Shown here piece by piece: positions 52,256-64,000 of a stretch of 64,000 nt of DNA (the first letter of the stretch is position 1; each line of letters starts with the position of its first letter). A program made the position numbers and the translations under genes. Source of the DNA: Octopus sinensis (lineage: Eukaryota); the NCBI RefSeq assembly GCF_006345805.1, contig NC_043012.1, positions 12,524,001 to 12,588,000 of the forward strand, read 5' to 3'. The notes beneath the pieces are model-generated. The model made no database searches. It was not told the origin of the DNA and saw only the letters and a program-made list of their open reading frames with translations.

Positions 52256-52264
<9 letters not shown>
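52157..52264. repeat. Hairpin fold-back, ~48-bp arms, 11-nt loop
   Basis: ATGGAGTCGAACGACGATTTTAACAAAATTC and its reverse complement; abuts (TA)n. Confidence 0.92.
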
Positions 52265-52303
<39 letters not shown>

Positions 52304-52504
52304 TGTGGTGTGTGTGGTGTGTGTGTGTGTGTGTGTGGTGTGTGTGTGATTGTGTGTGTGTGTGTGTGTGTGCGTTTGCGTGTGTGTATGTGTGTGTGCG
52401 CGCGTATTTGTGTGACTGAATGTATGTATGTATATATTTCGGATCTGAAGTTCAGCGGCTGTCATAGACTTGTTTAGGAATTTATATATTTATATATATA
52501 TGTA

Positions 52505-52548
<44 letters not shown>

Positions 52549-52554
<6 letters not shown>

Positions 52555-55122
52555 CTTAGATAAACTTAGATATGTTTCGACCAAAGATTGGTCCAGGCCA
52601 TGTCTAACTTAATAGCACCACCTGATAGGATTATTCGAATGCTGTTTAAGTCAAGTTTTGTTTAAGTCAAGTTTTGTTCAAGTAGTGAGTTCTTGTTGGG
52701 TGAGTTGTATCCAATTATGGGTGGCTTATCTGGTATTCTTTGAAGGAATCTATCCAGACTCTGTTTAAAGTTGATGGGATCCTTTTCCTTTTTGATCTCT
52801 CTCGGGACAATGTTAAATAGGGCAGGGCCTGTTGAGGAAAAGAAATTATGTTGCAGTGTACAGGTATGTTGTGATCTTGAATTGGGCAGGGGACGTATAG
52901 CCCGTGGTCCAAGTCTTGGATGAACCTTGAAGCTAATGTTTAGGTCGTTTGGGCAAAGTTGGCGGTATATTCTCCACATCGTACAAATGATGTACCGCTC
53001 ACGGCGACGCTGGAGGGAGTAAAGTTTCAAGGCGATCCCTTAAAAGGCGATCCCAATAATCGAGAGCAGCCATGCCTTCAATGCGTTTAGTGAGTGCCCT
53101 CTGGGGTGACTCAATTCTGGAGATGTTTTGTCTTGTGTGAGGAGACCACAGTGGGCAGCAGTATTCGAGGTGTGGCCGTACAAAGGAGGAGAAAAGTGGT
53201 ATGGTGACACCTTGTTCTCTGGACCGGAAAGTTCTTAAGATCCAGGAACTCATCCTACGAGCTATATTGACCTTGTTGATGTGTGCACACCAACTGAGAT
53301 CCTCATCAACAATTACACCCAGGTCTCTGACATTATTAGAGGCTGTGAGCGGTTCCCCTGAAGGAAGAGAGTATGGCTGTTTTAGTGAGGAGTTTCTTCC
53401 AAAATGCATCAGCTCAAATTTTCCCTCGTTCAGTTGCATTTTGTTTCTGTCTGCCAGTTGACTCACAGCATATAGATCAGACTAGAGTTGAGTTCGGTCT
53501 GCTTCTTCATTGACGATTTGCTGGAGCTTAGTGTCATCAGCAAATATTTTCACTTTGCAGTAATGTACGACACTGGAAAGGTCGTTTATGTAAATTATAA
53601 AGAGTAGCGGGCCCAAGACAATCACCCGGTGGACACCGCTGGTGACTTTTGCTGGGCTTGAGTGGACTCCATCAACTACAACATGTTGTGTTCTATTCGT
53701 CAGGAAATACTTAATCCAGTGTAGAACCTTTCCACGGATTCCAACATTTGCCAATTTTGAGAGTAGGTTATTATGGTCTACCCTAACGAACGCTTTACTG
53801 AAGTCAAGATATATGACATCAGAGTTCGAACCTGTTCCCAAGGCTTTGAGTATATCTTCAATGTGGTGTAAGAGCTGTGTTAGACAGTCCCTGCCACAGC
53901 GAAAGCCATGATGATTTGCATTTAGGAGTTTCTGGGTCTCCAGGAAGTCAGCTATCCCTGATCTTAACACTCTTTCAAACACTTTAATGATGTGGGAGGT
54001 GAGTGAGATTGGGCGATAGTTGAGTGCGAGGTATCTGTTTCCCTGTTTGAAAACCGGGATGACTGACTGGGATAGAAACTGTTTTGGTATATAACCTGCA
54101 TCTAACGAATTTCTCCAGAGGTTGGTCAGAGGGACTGCAAGTTGGTGTCTACATTCCTTCAGGAGACTAGCGGGGAATCTATCAGGGCCTACAGCAGAGT
54201 AGTATTTGACCTCATTTATTGCTGCTATGATGTCAGTGGGAGTGAAGGTTATGTCTGAGATTTTATGTTGGGAATCAACTTCATTCGCTTCTCTTACGTC
54301 AATATCAGTATCAGTGGGAACACTAAAGACAGAGCAGTATTGTTTCTGCAGTATTTCTGCCATTTCTTTAGCATCGTGTTGGGGAATGCCGTTATCATTA
54401 ATCAATGGCCCAATGGGTGAGACAGTGGTTCTATGCTTATTTGCATAAGAATAGAACACCTTTGGGTTCTGTTTGACGTTTTTGATTACCCACTGTTTCT
54501 CCACAGCTCGTTGATTTTCAATGGAGGTTTTCATGTCGGCCTGCAGATGAAGTTTTTCCAGCTCTAGCCTTTTCATTGTTGTTGAATGTTATGTTTTCAA
54601 ATGAGTGCCATGGAGTGTGATTGGCTGGTTTGGTTTTTATATGTGGGGAATTCAAATTGCAGAGTACCATGTCGTGGTCTGAGAGGAGAGTTTTTTCAAC
54701 TGAAATACTGTGAACGAAGATCGTTTTATTCTGTCTCGTTGGTTCGAGCACTAGCTGAGTCAGGAAGAATTCATCCATTAGATTAAAGAGCAGTTCTGCT
54801 ACTGCTCTATCTGATGTAGAGCATTTGCCTAACTTCAGAGTATTTGTGGGCCAGTTCACATGAGGGAGGTTAAAATCACCCATCACTAGTATGTTTCCGG
54901 AGTTGTACTTCCGAAAGAAGGACTTGACTTTGCTAAGGCACTCTTCAAAGCACATTAGAGGTGCTTGGGGAGGCCTGTAAAGACCAACAATGATTATGTC
55001 CTTGGCCTTGCTGAATAATGATACAGATTCACAATAGCCATTGGAAAATATGTCCTTGGCATCAAATGAAAAGGAGTCATGGATAAAGATGGCTGTCCCC
55101 CTCCCTTATTTCGGTCTGTGCG
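52549..55122 (-). mobile_element. CR1/L2-group LINE, 5'-truncated and frameshifted (APE endonuclease + RT + 3' UTR), inserted in (TA)n
   Basis: APE motifs GLYRPP, MGDFNLP, SDHD. RT motifs NYRPISLTS, HGFR, YLDFSKAF, LGPLLFIIYIND, FADDTK, RPHLEYCCPLWSP. 3' tail (TCTAAGTTTA)2. Confidence 0.95.
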
Positions 55123-55191
55123 ATATATACATATATATCTATATGTACATACATATATATAAATATATATATATATATTATATATATATAT

Positions 55192-55229
<38 letters not shown>

Positions 55230-55247
55230 AATAATATATATATAATC

Positions 55248-55309
<62 letters not shown>

Positions 55310-55885
55310 TATATATATACTATATTTATTATATCTATATATTATATATATATCTATATACATTATATATATATATATGATATATATATATACATATATA
55401 TAAAAATATAAAATAAATAAATAAAAAAGATAATAAAAAAATATAATGTAAAAATATTATTATATTATGTTAACATATAAGAACGGGAAGCTTATGAAAA
55501 TAAACAAAAGACGAAGGCAGGTGGAAAACCAACTAACAATTGTATTAGTATGGCGCTCAGGAATAGAATAAAATATAAATATACATATATATATAAATAC
55601 ATGTTATATATATATATAAATATTTATATATATGTATAAACATAATATATATAAATACATTTTATATAGATAGATAATATATTTTATATATGTATATACA
55701 TATATATATAAATACATTTATATATATATATAAATATATTTATATATATCTATATGTATATATATATAAATATATTTACATATATGTATATATATATATA
55801 GATGTATATAGTATATATATATATTCATATATTTAATATAATATATATATATACTCTTTTTTTATATACATATATATATATATGT

Positions 55886-55926
<41 letters not shown>

Positions 55927-55967
55927 TGTATATATATTATACATCTATATGTATATATAATATATAG

Positions 55968-56028
<61 letters not shown>

Positions 56029-56452
56029 CTTCCTTCAGGCTATATTGAACAATATAGCCACCTATCATTTTCAACCAGTAATGAGCAGTTTGCGTTATAT
56101 ATTAACTTGAGAAAACAAATCAGACGTCATTCAGCGCTCTTTAACACATGTTACTCTTTACTGAGATGTGTAATTAAAGATGTTCCAGAGATCCGCACGC
56201 TGCACTTTCAAAGCCCTTACGTTGATATCTAATGGAAAATTTATATTCGGTAATGTAGGCGACCGATTTAAATAACCCAACTAGTCTCATCTTAGTCTCA
56301 TTTCTTGGCTTCCGCTTATTATTAATGATATGCATTCACGATTTATAGAAAATTATGTGTTAGTGTCGATTTAATGCGTTGCCACACCGTCATTTATAAC
56401 GTTATTACTTACACTTCGGTTTAGTAGGAGCTAATGTGTTATTATCTTTCAG

Positions 56453-56518
56453 ACAAAGCTGCGTCGACAGCAAGAGCGACAACTCCAGAAGCTACACAAG
56501 ACTATAATAAATTGCCCC
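56453..56518 (+). CDS. ECT2L: RhoGEF DH-PH linker exon, TKLRRQQERQLQKLHKTIINCP
   Basis: tatctttcag| ... CCC|GTAAGT; phase 0-0; ends in I..CP like the recalled ECT2L IQRIIWGCP. Confidence 0.85.
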
Positions 56519-56575
56519 GTAAGTAGAGTGAACCCTTTAATGAGATGTTCAGATTTATGCACATTTATATACGCA

Positions 56576-56614
<39 letters not shown>

Positions 56615-56678
56615 CCTATATATCTATTTATCTATCTATCTATCGATCTATCTATCTCTCTTTCTATCTCTCTATCTC

Positions 56679-56758
<80 letters not shown>

Positions 56759-57931
56759 CATTAATATGTGAGTGTATGTATATATGTATGTATACATATA
56801 TGTGTATTGCATGTATATATACATACACACATACGCACACATACACTGATACATACACACACACATATAGTGAGATTTGTGATACAGTAAAGGATTAAGA
56901 ATTGGTTTACACTGCAGATCGAAATTAAGTCTCGGATACGGTTATTTGGAAGTGCACTTTAATTTCATGATGTATTTACTCTTCTTACAGGGATAAAGGA
57001 TTGTTATTTAATTCGGAAAAGGGAGATGGGTGTGAGAAAAGAGGTTGGGAGACAGAGAAATAGAGAGAGAGAGGTTTAGAGAGACACATAAAGTGAGATA
57101 TTTAAATACAACGATGGATTTGCTATATAGAATGCTGATGAACTACAGCCTTGGAAACCATTTATTCATATATATATAATATATGAAACCTCTGCGTACT
57201 TGATTCCTTCAGTCTCCAGTCCAGTACCTAAGCGTATCCAGCAGCATTGATTAAAAAAAAACCGTGAAAAGCAGTGAAGTAGTATGATATTATTTTCGTT
57301 TCAACTAACACTATCACAGTTGCTGAAACTTTAGCATGCCTTGCTCAGAGGACATGAAAAAACCTGCACACAACCACCTATTTCTTCTGTTAGACTATTA
57401 GTATCGGTCGAAGATTTTGTGATTAGAGAAGTACCAAAGAAAACCATGTTCTTGAAAGTTTTTTTTTTCATTTGATAAATAACTTCTTGACACGTATATA
57501 ACAGATTCACACATGAATTGATTTGTCTTCAGTATATGCGACTTATATCAAAGGTCCTTATGCAACACAGTGGTGGTAGTCCAATCAGACAAGTTCTCAG
57601 GCGATGGAGCTAATTAGTTTTCAGAGATCACCACCACCAGTGTTTTGCACCCGTTGAATGAATTTCAGCGCCCTTACAATTTTCGAACATGGAGAGTATT
57701 TCTTCTCTTTAAAATAGGTCATAGATTAGCATCAACGGCTACTAATCCATTCGAAATATGCGTGCAAAAAATTTTGCAACATTTAAATAAATGCTAATTT
57801 CTAAATAACTGTGTTCTAAGCGATTACAATGTTAATCTCGCGGTAATGTTTGATCTGACATTGTGGGTTCTGAAAGAAACAAAAATGTTTTAATTGGTTT
57901 GAAGAGGATACTACCCTGATAATTAAGTGGA

Positions 57932-57980
<49 letters not shown>

Positions 57981-58244
57981 GCACATACACAACATACACA
58001 CATGCACACAGAGAAATACAAGTATGGCAAATACCATACAGCATAAATTCATGAGTCATTGAAATAACTCCGCCTCCACAGGAAGTAAGATCATCTCCAC
58101 TTGAGAAGGAGAAATTATCTCAAGAATCAAGTTGACATGCAATTAAAGAAAATGACAGCCTTATTGCCGAAGATAAGAGGGCAATTATGTACTATAATAT
58201 ATGATATATATATATGAAATAATATATGATATAATAAATATACG

Positions 58245-58312
<68 letters not shown>

Positions 58313-58629
58313 TCATAATTATCCTTAGATAGCTCGATTCATCATTACAACTCAGATATAACAGTTTAAATGGTTTTTGCTGGCGAGATACTGTCTACTG
58401 ACATCACAGCAATATATTTAATCATGTCATCCATTTTGCTTATTCTTTGATGATTTATTTTTTCCCGATCGCTTGCTACTTGTATACCGTTAAGAGCATG
58501 ATTTTTTGCAGTGATCGGATAATTTTTTAACTTTTCAATATATTACATACTTAAACATATCACAGTACGTTGTCATGCCTGTATTCAAGTTACCCTATTT
58601 TTTTATCATTTCATTTTAACTTAATTTAC

Positions 58630-58950
58630 AGGGACGTTATCTTGAGGTTTAGTGTGAAGAAGTCTCTTCAAATCTCAGGAATCTATCTTAGGATTCTGCA
58701 GTTCCACAACGCCAGTGACAATTCCAATATCATTCTGTCTCCTTGGTAGGTGTTTGGGTGTTGCGACAACTGCACTAATCACCACAGGAATAATTGTTTC
58801 CTTCGTCGCCAAAACCGCTTCAGGTACCAATATTTCTAGGTACCAATATTTCTCAACCTTTTTGGTATACACTCTGTTATCATATGTCTGTGATTTGACC
58901 GCGTTTGTTTCTTTCCTCATCTATAATCATATTTCAGTTTCCTGCTTCAG
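58630..58950 (-). mobile_element. Diverged R4/Dong-like RLE 3' fragment
   Basis: KKVEKYWYLEI...KETIIPVVISAVVATPKHL: the same RLE C-terminal pattern as 9265-9570; followed by a short (ATT)n. Confidence 0.6.
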
Positions 58951-60253
58951 TAATATTATTATTATTATGATTGTTAATTCGGCGAACTGGCAGAATTGTT
59001 AACACGCCACGCAAAATGCTTAGCGGCATTTCGTCCATCTTTGTTCTGAGTTCAAATTCCGCCGATGTCCCTTTTGCATTTTTATCCTTTTCCGGCCGAA
59101 AATTAAGTTAAACACCGAGGTCGATGTAATCGACAAGCCACTCCTCCTCCAAAATATGTGCCTTTAATACAAATTATTGTTATTATTATTCCTGTTGTTG
59201 GTTCATTTCAGTGGTAAATTTAGACTCCGCACGCTAACAAGACGTTCACCCAATTATCTCAGGTTTTGACAGTTAGTGAATCTAGAGCAAGAAGTTAAAC
59301 TCAGGCGTTCCATAATTGTAAGTGGTTCGGTAAATGATGGACTCCAATGCACTTCAGTTGCAATTATATACATTGTTTGAAAATACCTAGTTCCAGCGTA
59401 CCATTTTCTCCTAAACGCATCCACAGATTTTGTTCTGGTCAAGACAATCTCATTTGTATATGAATGATTGCCTATGTGTCCTAGCAGAATGTTTTTTTCT
59501 TCTTTTTCTTACTTTGCAATATATAATATAATAATAGTCTTCAGAGAACCATATAATAACTGCCAAGAACTTCTTAGAAATACCTTAGCAATATTACACA
59601 CGCATATATCATACTGTGAAACGTTGCAGATGTGTACGTATATACATCCAAAAAAGGAGGAAGATTTACACTCATATCCTCACAATCTTGCCAGCAATTA
59701 CAGATAAAAGCCTTCAGATAGAAGAATCGAGTCTCTGTATTATACAATAATCATTTCTAATACATAGCATTGGAGTGTGTGTCATGTGCACTTGATAGCT
59801 TTGTTCCTCAAAGGTTATATTCTATAATTCTGCTCTCATTTTATCACGTCGTCATTATCTCTTTGTTTTTCACGTATATTTCCCCTATCACGTTCTCATA
59901 CATTGTAACTATTCGAAAGTAGTATTATCTTTATTCATGTCAGTGTTTGAGTCTTTCTTTGTACTTTCATGTATTTCATAACATTCCCGAAAACAAATAT
60001 ATATAGGAACAGTACAATAAACAACGGAGGGTAAGTATATAAATATATATGTATATATGTATATACATATATATGCATACATATGCATATATATATATTT
60101 ATACATGTATATATACATTATACATATATATATTATATATATATACATATATATATGTATGTTATCATGTGCATGTTATATATATATATAATGTAGTATG
60201 TATATATATATGCATATATGCATATATGCATATGTATATATGTATATGTATAA

Positions 60254-60300
<47 letters not shown>

Positions 60301-60334
60301 TATATATTGTATGTGTGTGTGTGTGTGTGTGTAG

Positions 60335-60525
60335 TAAGCGAAGAATTCACAAGGAAAAACAAAACAAAACCAAGATAGGTGGTGTAGACAACAAACAGAT
60401 GTATTAGTTTAACGCTCGGGAAGGGAAAAAAGTGTTTAACGTTTCAGGCCTAAGCTCTTCCACAGAAAGCAACACAGAAAGAAACAAGGCGATAAAATGA
60501 AGAATGTGTAGTGGCTAGCGATCTA
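60335..60525 (-). mobile_element. Penelope-like terminal repeat fragment
   Basis: Collinear with 18652-18835. Confidence 0.7.
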
Positions 60526-60940
60526 TGTTCTTCAAGCAATGCCTCAAGGAGCTTATCATCAATCTCAACTGGACGTCCCGTTCGACCTTCATCTTCAAGG
60601 CTGAATTCTCCACTTCTGAATTTTGTAAACCGTCTTCTGCAAGTTCTTTAATTCAAGTAATCTTTCGCATAAACTGAGTGTATGTTTCGTATCGCTTCGG
60701 CTGCAGAGATTCCCTTTTTGTACTCATAAAGCATTATGTGCCTCAAATGCCCTTCGGATACTTCCGTGTTAGAAAGCGTTTTAATCAAAGAAATTTTAAT
60801 TCTATTATTCCGTAAAATAATGTTTAACTAGGTTAAATATACACAAATGCATAAAAATAATTCCTTTAGACGTTCTAAACTACTGTTAAATTTCATTCAG
60901 TTTAAAAAAAAAAGGTAAAATCGGACAGAACTTATGGATG
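60526..60940 (-). mobile_element. Mariner 5' fragment
   Basis: Minus translation HLRHIMLYEYKKGISAAEAIRNIHSVY..TCRRRFTKFRSGEFSLEDEGRTGRPVEIDDKLL; TIR remnant near 60920-60940. Confidence 0.88.
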
Positions 60941-60969
60941 TATATGTATATGTATATATATATATGTAA

Positions 60970-61039
<70 letters not shown>

Positions 61040-61053
61040 TATAGTATATATGT

Positions 61054-61527
61054 ATACTTTGATACTTTGATACTTTGATAGGTTTCGGCCATTATTGGGC
61101 CAGGCCATGTCTAACTTAATAGCACCACCTGGTGAAGTCTTTCAGTCAGAATTTGGGCACTATGGCCCACTCAAGTAGAGAGTTATTGTTTACAGAGACA
61201 TATCCGGGTGTAGGGGGTTTATCCGGGATTTCTTGAAGGAATCTGTCCAAAGACCTCTTGAACCCTATAGGGTCAGTTTCTGCTTTAATGTGTTTTGGTG
61301 TAATGTTAAAGAGAGCGGGGCCAATTGAGGTGAAATAATTGTGCCGTATTGTTGTTATGAGATGAGAGTGCGATTTTTGTTTTGGGCGAATGGCACGGGG
61401 CGCAAGCCTTGGATGTACCTTAAAGGTGATGCCAACATCATTTGGGCAATGCTGATGGAATATTTTCCACATCATGCAGATGATGTAGCGCTCACGACGA
61501 CGTTGGAGAGAATAGAGTTTTAGCTTT
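61054..61527 (-). mobile_element. 3' fragment of a related CR1/L2-group LINE subfamily
   Basis: [53 protein letters not shown]; tail (ATCAAAGT)3. Confidence 0.92.
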
Positions 61528-61652
61528 ATATATGTGTGTGTATATATATATGTATATATATATATGTATATATATGTATATATGTGTATATTTGTATATA
61601 TATGTATATATATATAATATATATATTGTTATATATAATATATATATATATG

Positions 61653-61688
<36 letters not shown>

Positions 61689-61770
61689 ATATATATATAT
61701 ATATATAATAATATATATATATATGTATATATTATATGTATATATATATGTATATATGTATGTCTATATA

Positions 61771-62141
61771 TCTCTCTATATAAACGGCAGTTTGTCTGTG
61801 CGTGTTTCTGTGTGTCTGTTTGCTTGTACCCTCACCCTGACCACGGCTTTCAACCGATTCTGATGAAACTTGACACACACATAGCCCAATGTCATAAGTC
61901 AAAACTAACGCAGCGAAAATGTTGAAAAGTTCCCCCAGTTCTGAAAAAAATCGATAAATTCGACATGGCGTCGAGAATCAGAAACACGAACCACCAACTG
62001 TCTAGGGGACGCAACTCTACACTTTTTTAAATCTCAAAAAAAATTTACCATCATGTTTTTTCCATTTTGGCTATAACTCTCTAAAAATGCTTTATAGTTA
62101 TTTCCCTTACAAACCCGAGCAACGCCGGGCGATACTGCTAG
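61771..62141 (+). mobile_element. Non-autonomous Helitron (copy C)
   Basis: A|TC ... CCCGAGCAACGCCGGG hairpin, CGATACTG, CTAG|T; near-identical to 2472-2854. Confidence 0.82.
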
Positions 62142-62143
62142 TA

Positions 62144-62201
<58 letters not shown>

Positions 62202-62437
62202 GAAATTTGTTACAAAAAGAAAATACAAAATACACGTGGAAATGTAAGAGGAACATAAGAAAAATCAACGAAAATGCACATTGTAAATAAAAAGGAAAAG
62301 GCTTTTTATGAAAGGTAACAACAGATATATACAATTAGATGAACGGAGGTAGTAATACAATTCATAAAAGACATTACGAGATGATTAAAAAGGCAGAAAA
62401 CAAAGAATAACATGATTTCGTCATAAGCTAACATTTC

Positions 62438-62475
<38 letters not shown>

Positions 62476-62677
62476 CATACACAGAAACACACACGCATAC
62501 AGACACTTGTGCGTATATATATATTCATATATATATAGAATCCATGATATATCCTAACATCATTAAAGAGCCAGCTATGAACATTTTCAACCTATTCAGT
62601 AATTAAATCAACGATCAAGCGTCCAAAAATAGAAATTACAAGTGTCAATTATTTATTGTTCATCTTATTTCCAACAG

Positions 62678-62766
62678 ATATTAACTGAAGGCAATCGTTA
62701 CTTTCTGAAACAGCAAGACGTATCGCTGCTGAAGCCCATTTCACCTGCTGTTTCTTCGGATTTAAG
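62678..62766 (+). CDS. ECT2L: RhoGEF PH-start exon, ILTEGNRYFLKQQDVSLLKPISPAVSSDLR
   Basis: atttccaacag| ... AG|GTTTGT; phase 0-2; resembles the recalled ECT2L LSEVNRYLIRVQDV. The gene continues beyond the window. Confidence 0.87.
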
Positions 62767-62843
62767 GTTTGTTAATTTTCATTATAATTTACTGTATGAA
62801 ATACAAATACTGCTACCATCTATCTATCTATTTATCAATCTTT

Positions 62844-62918
<75 letters not shown>

Positions 62919-64000
62919 ACTATCTATCTATCTATACATATCATTCTATTTTATCTATACAGCTATCTACCAATCTCGCCATGTATCTATCTATCCACCA
63001 CTCTCTGTTTTTCTATGAATCTATTCAAAACATAAATACGTGCGCATGCGCTCTTACGCACACTCACTCACACACACACACATACACACAGATACATATA
63101 TCTCCGTTCGTGTATCATACTAAATGTACACATGCCAGTAGAAGGCATGATACTGCCGATTTCTCTGCTATAAACATAACTTCATTGACCTCTTCTATTA
63201 GAAGACGGACATCGTAACTACAGAAACAATATTTCATTTTTGGATTTGGTTTGCAAGATTCTTTATGTGAGTTCGTGTGTTGAAGCGTATTCTGTTGAGT
63301 CTGGGGAGAGTGATTTGTGTGTGTGTGTGTACTTCTTTCTGTTAGTGTTTCCCTGTCCCCATTACTTGAAAATTGGTGTTGGCTTGTAATTTAGCGTTTC
63401 GGCAAAAGAGAACGATAGTCTTAGAACCAGGATTTAAATAATATATAAAAGTAGTGTCCAATCATGACCACAGTCCAACGGCTTAACAAACAAATGATAA
63501 ATGATGAAAGATATATACGCATACATATGCATGTGTATTTGCTCGCTTAGCTAAGTGTGATCATTTTTGTATGTTTATATGAGAAATTTACCCATATATA
63601 CACGTATGTGTATCTGTATGATATATTTTCTATCGTATATCATATGTGTTTATGTGTTTGATATCATATATTTGTCTTTATCATAGTTACAATTCATTAG
63701 CCATCATTAAACATTTGTTCACGTTTTGAATCCATACGTAATGAAATTAGTCCAACACGCTTTCTACAAACGAATCCATTATAACTGACTAAAATATAGA
63801 AATTAAGGAAAGCTAACACGAAATTAGTGTACCCATTCCAGAATGGATTTGCGCATCAATTTGTCAAAAAATATAATTAGCGAAGCCTAACAACGTTAAA
63901 ATTTCTAATAATATAGTATACTGTTGTGTTTGCAGAAAGAAATTTATGGTTTGCGAGAATGTTGATGGGATGTAGGAACAAATCATATCTCATAATTTGA

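Noticed and set aside
52555-52610. LINE 3' hairpin plus GAAAC read as a hammerhead
   Set aside because: The 5' core is CATGGCCTG rather than YUGANRA; it is better explained as the LINE 3' recognition stem-loop.
57130-57168. Hammerhead-like GAATG-CTGATGA-N12-GAAACCATT-TATTC
   Set aside because: No stem II pair, non-palindromic stem III, no second copy in the window; could be chance.

Overview
AT-rich, microsatellite-dense animal genomic DNA; the SINE/mariner/Penelope repertoire suggests a coleoid cephalopod, probably Octopus (inference). The window lies inside one + strand gene: six phase-compatible GT-AG exons (18239-62766) encode a Dbl-homology (RhoGEF) domain and the start of a PH domain, most like ECT2L, and up to four less certain exons lie upstream. 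Neither end of the gene is in the window. The introns hold five mariner relics, three non-autonomous Helitrons (one interrupted by a 3.8-kb 21-23-bp satellite with higher-order structure), a decayed CR1/L2-group LINE, R4/Dong-like endonuclease fragments, a gag-like zinc-knuckle ORF1 relic, Penelope fragments, MITEs and many tRNA-type SINEs. The most notable signals are: hammerhead-ribozyme-like motifs with a compensatory U3-A8 core; a set of fold-back inverted repeats, two carrying such motifs; multimeric SINEs each bounded by a single TSD pair; and a covarying 3' hairpin shared by the LINE and a SINE family. Almost all ORFs in the supplied track are microsatellite or satellite artefacts. All coordinates were read by eye.
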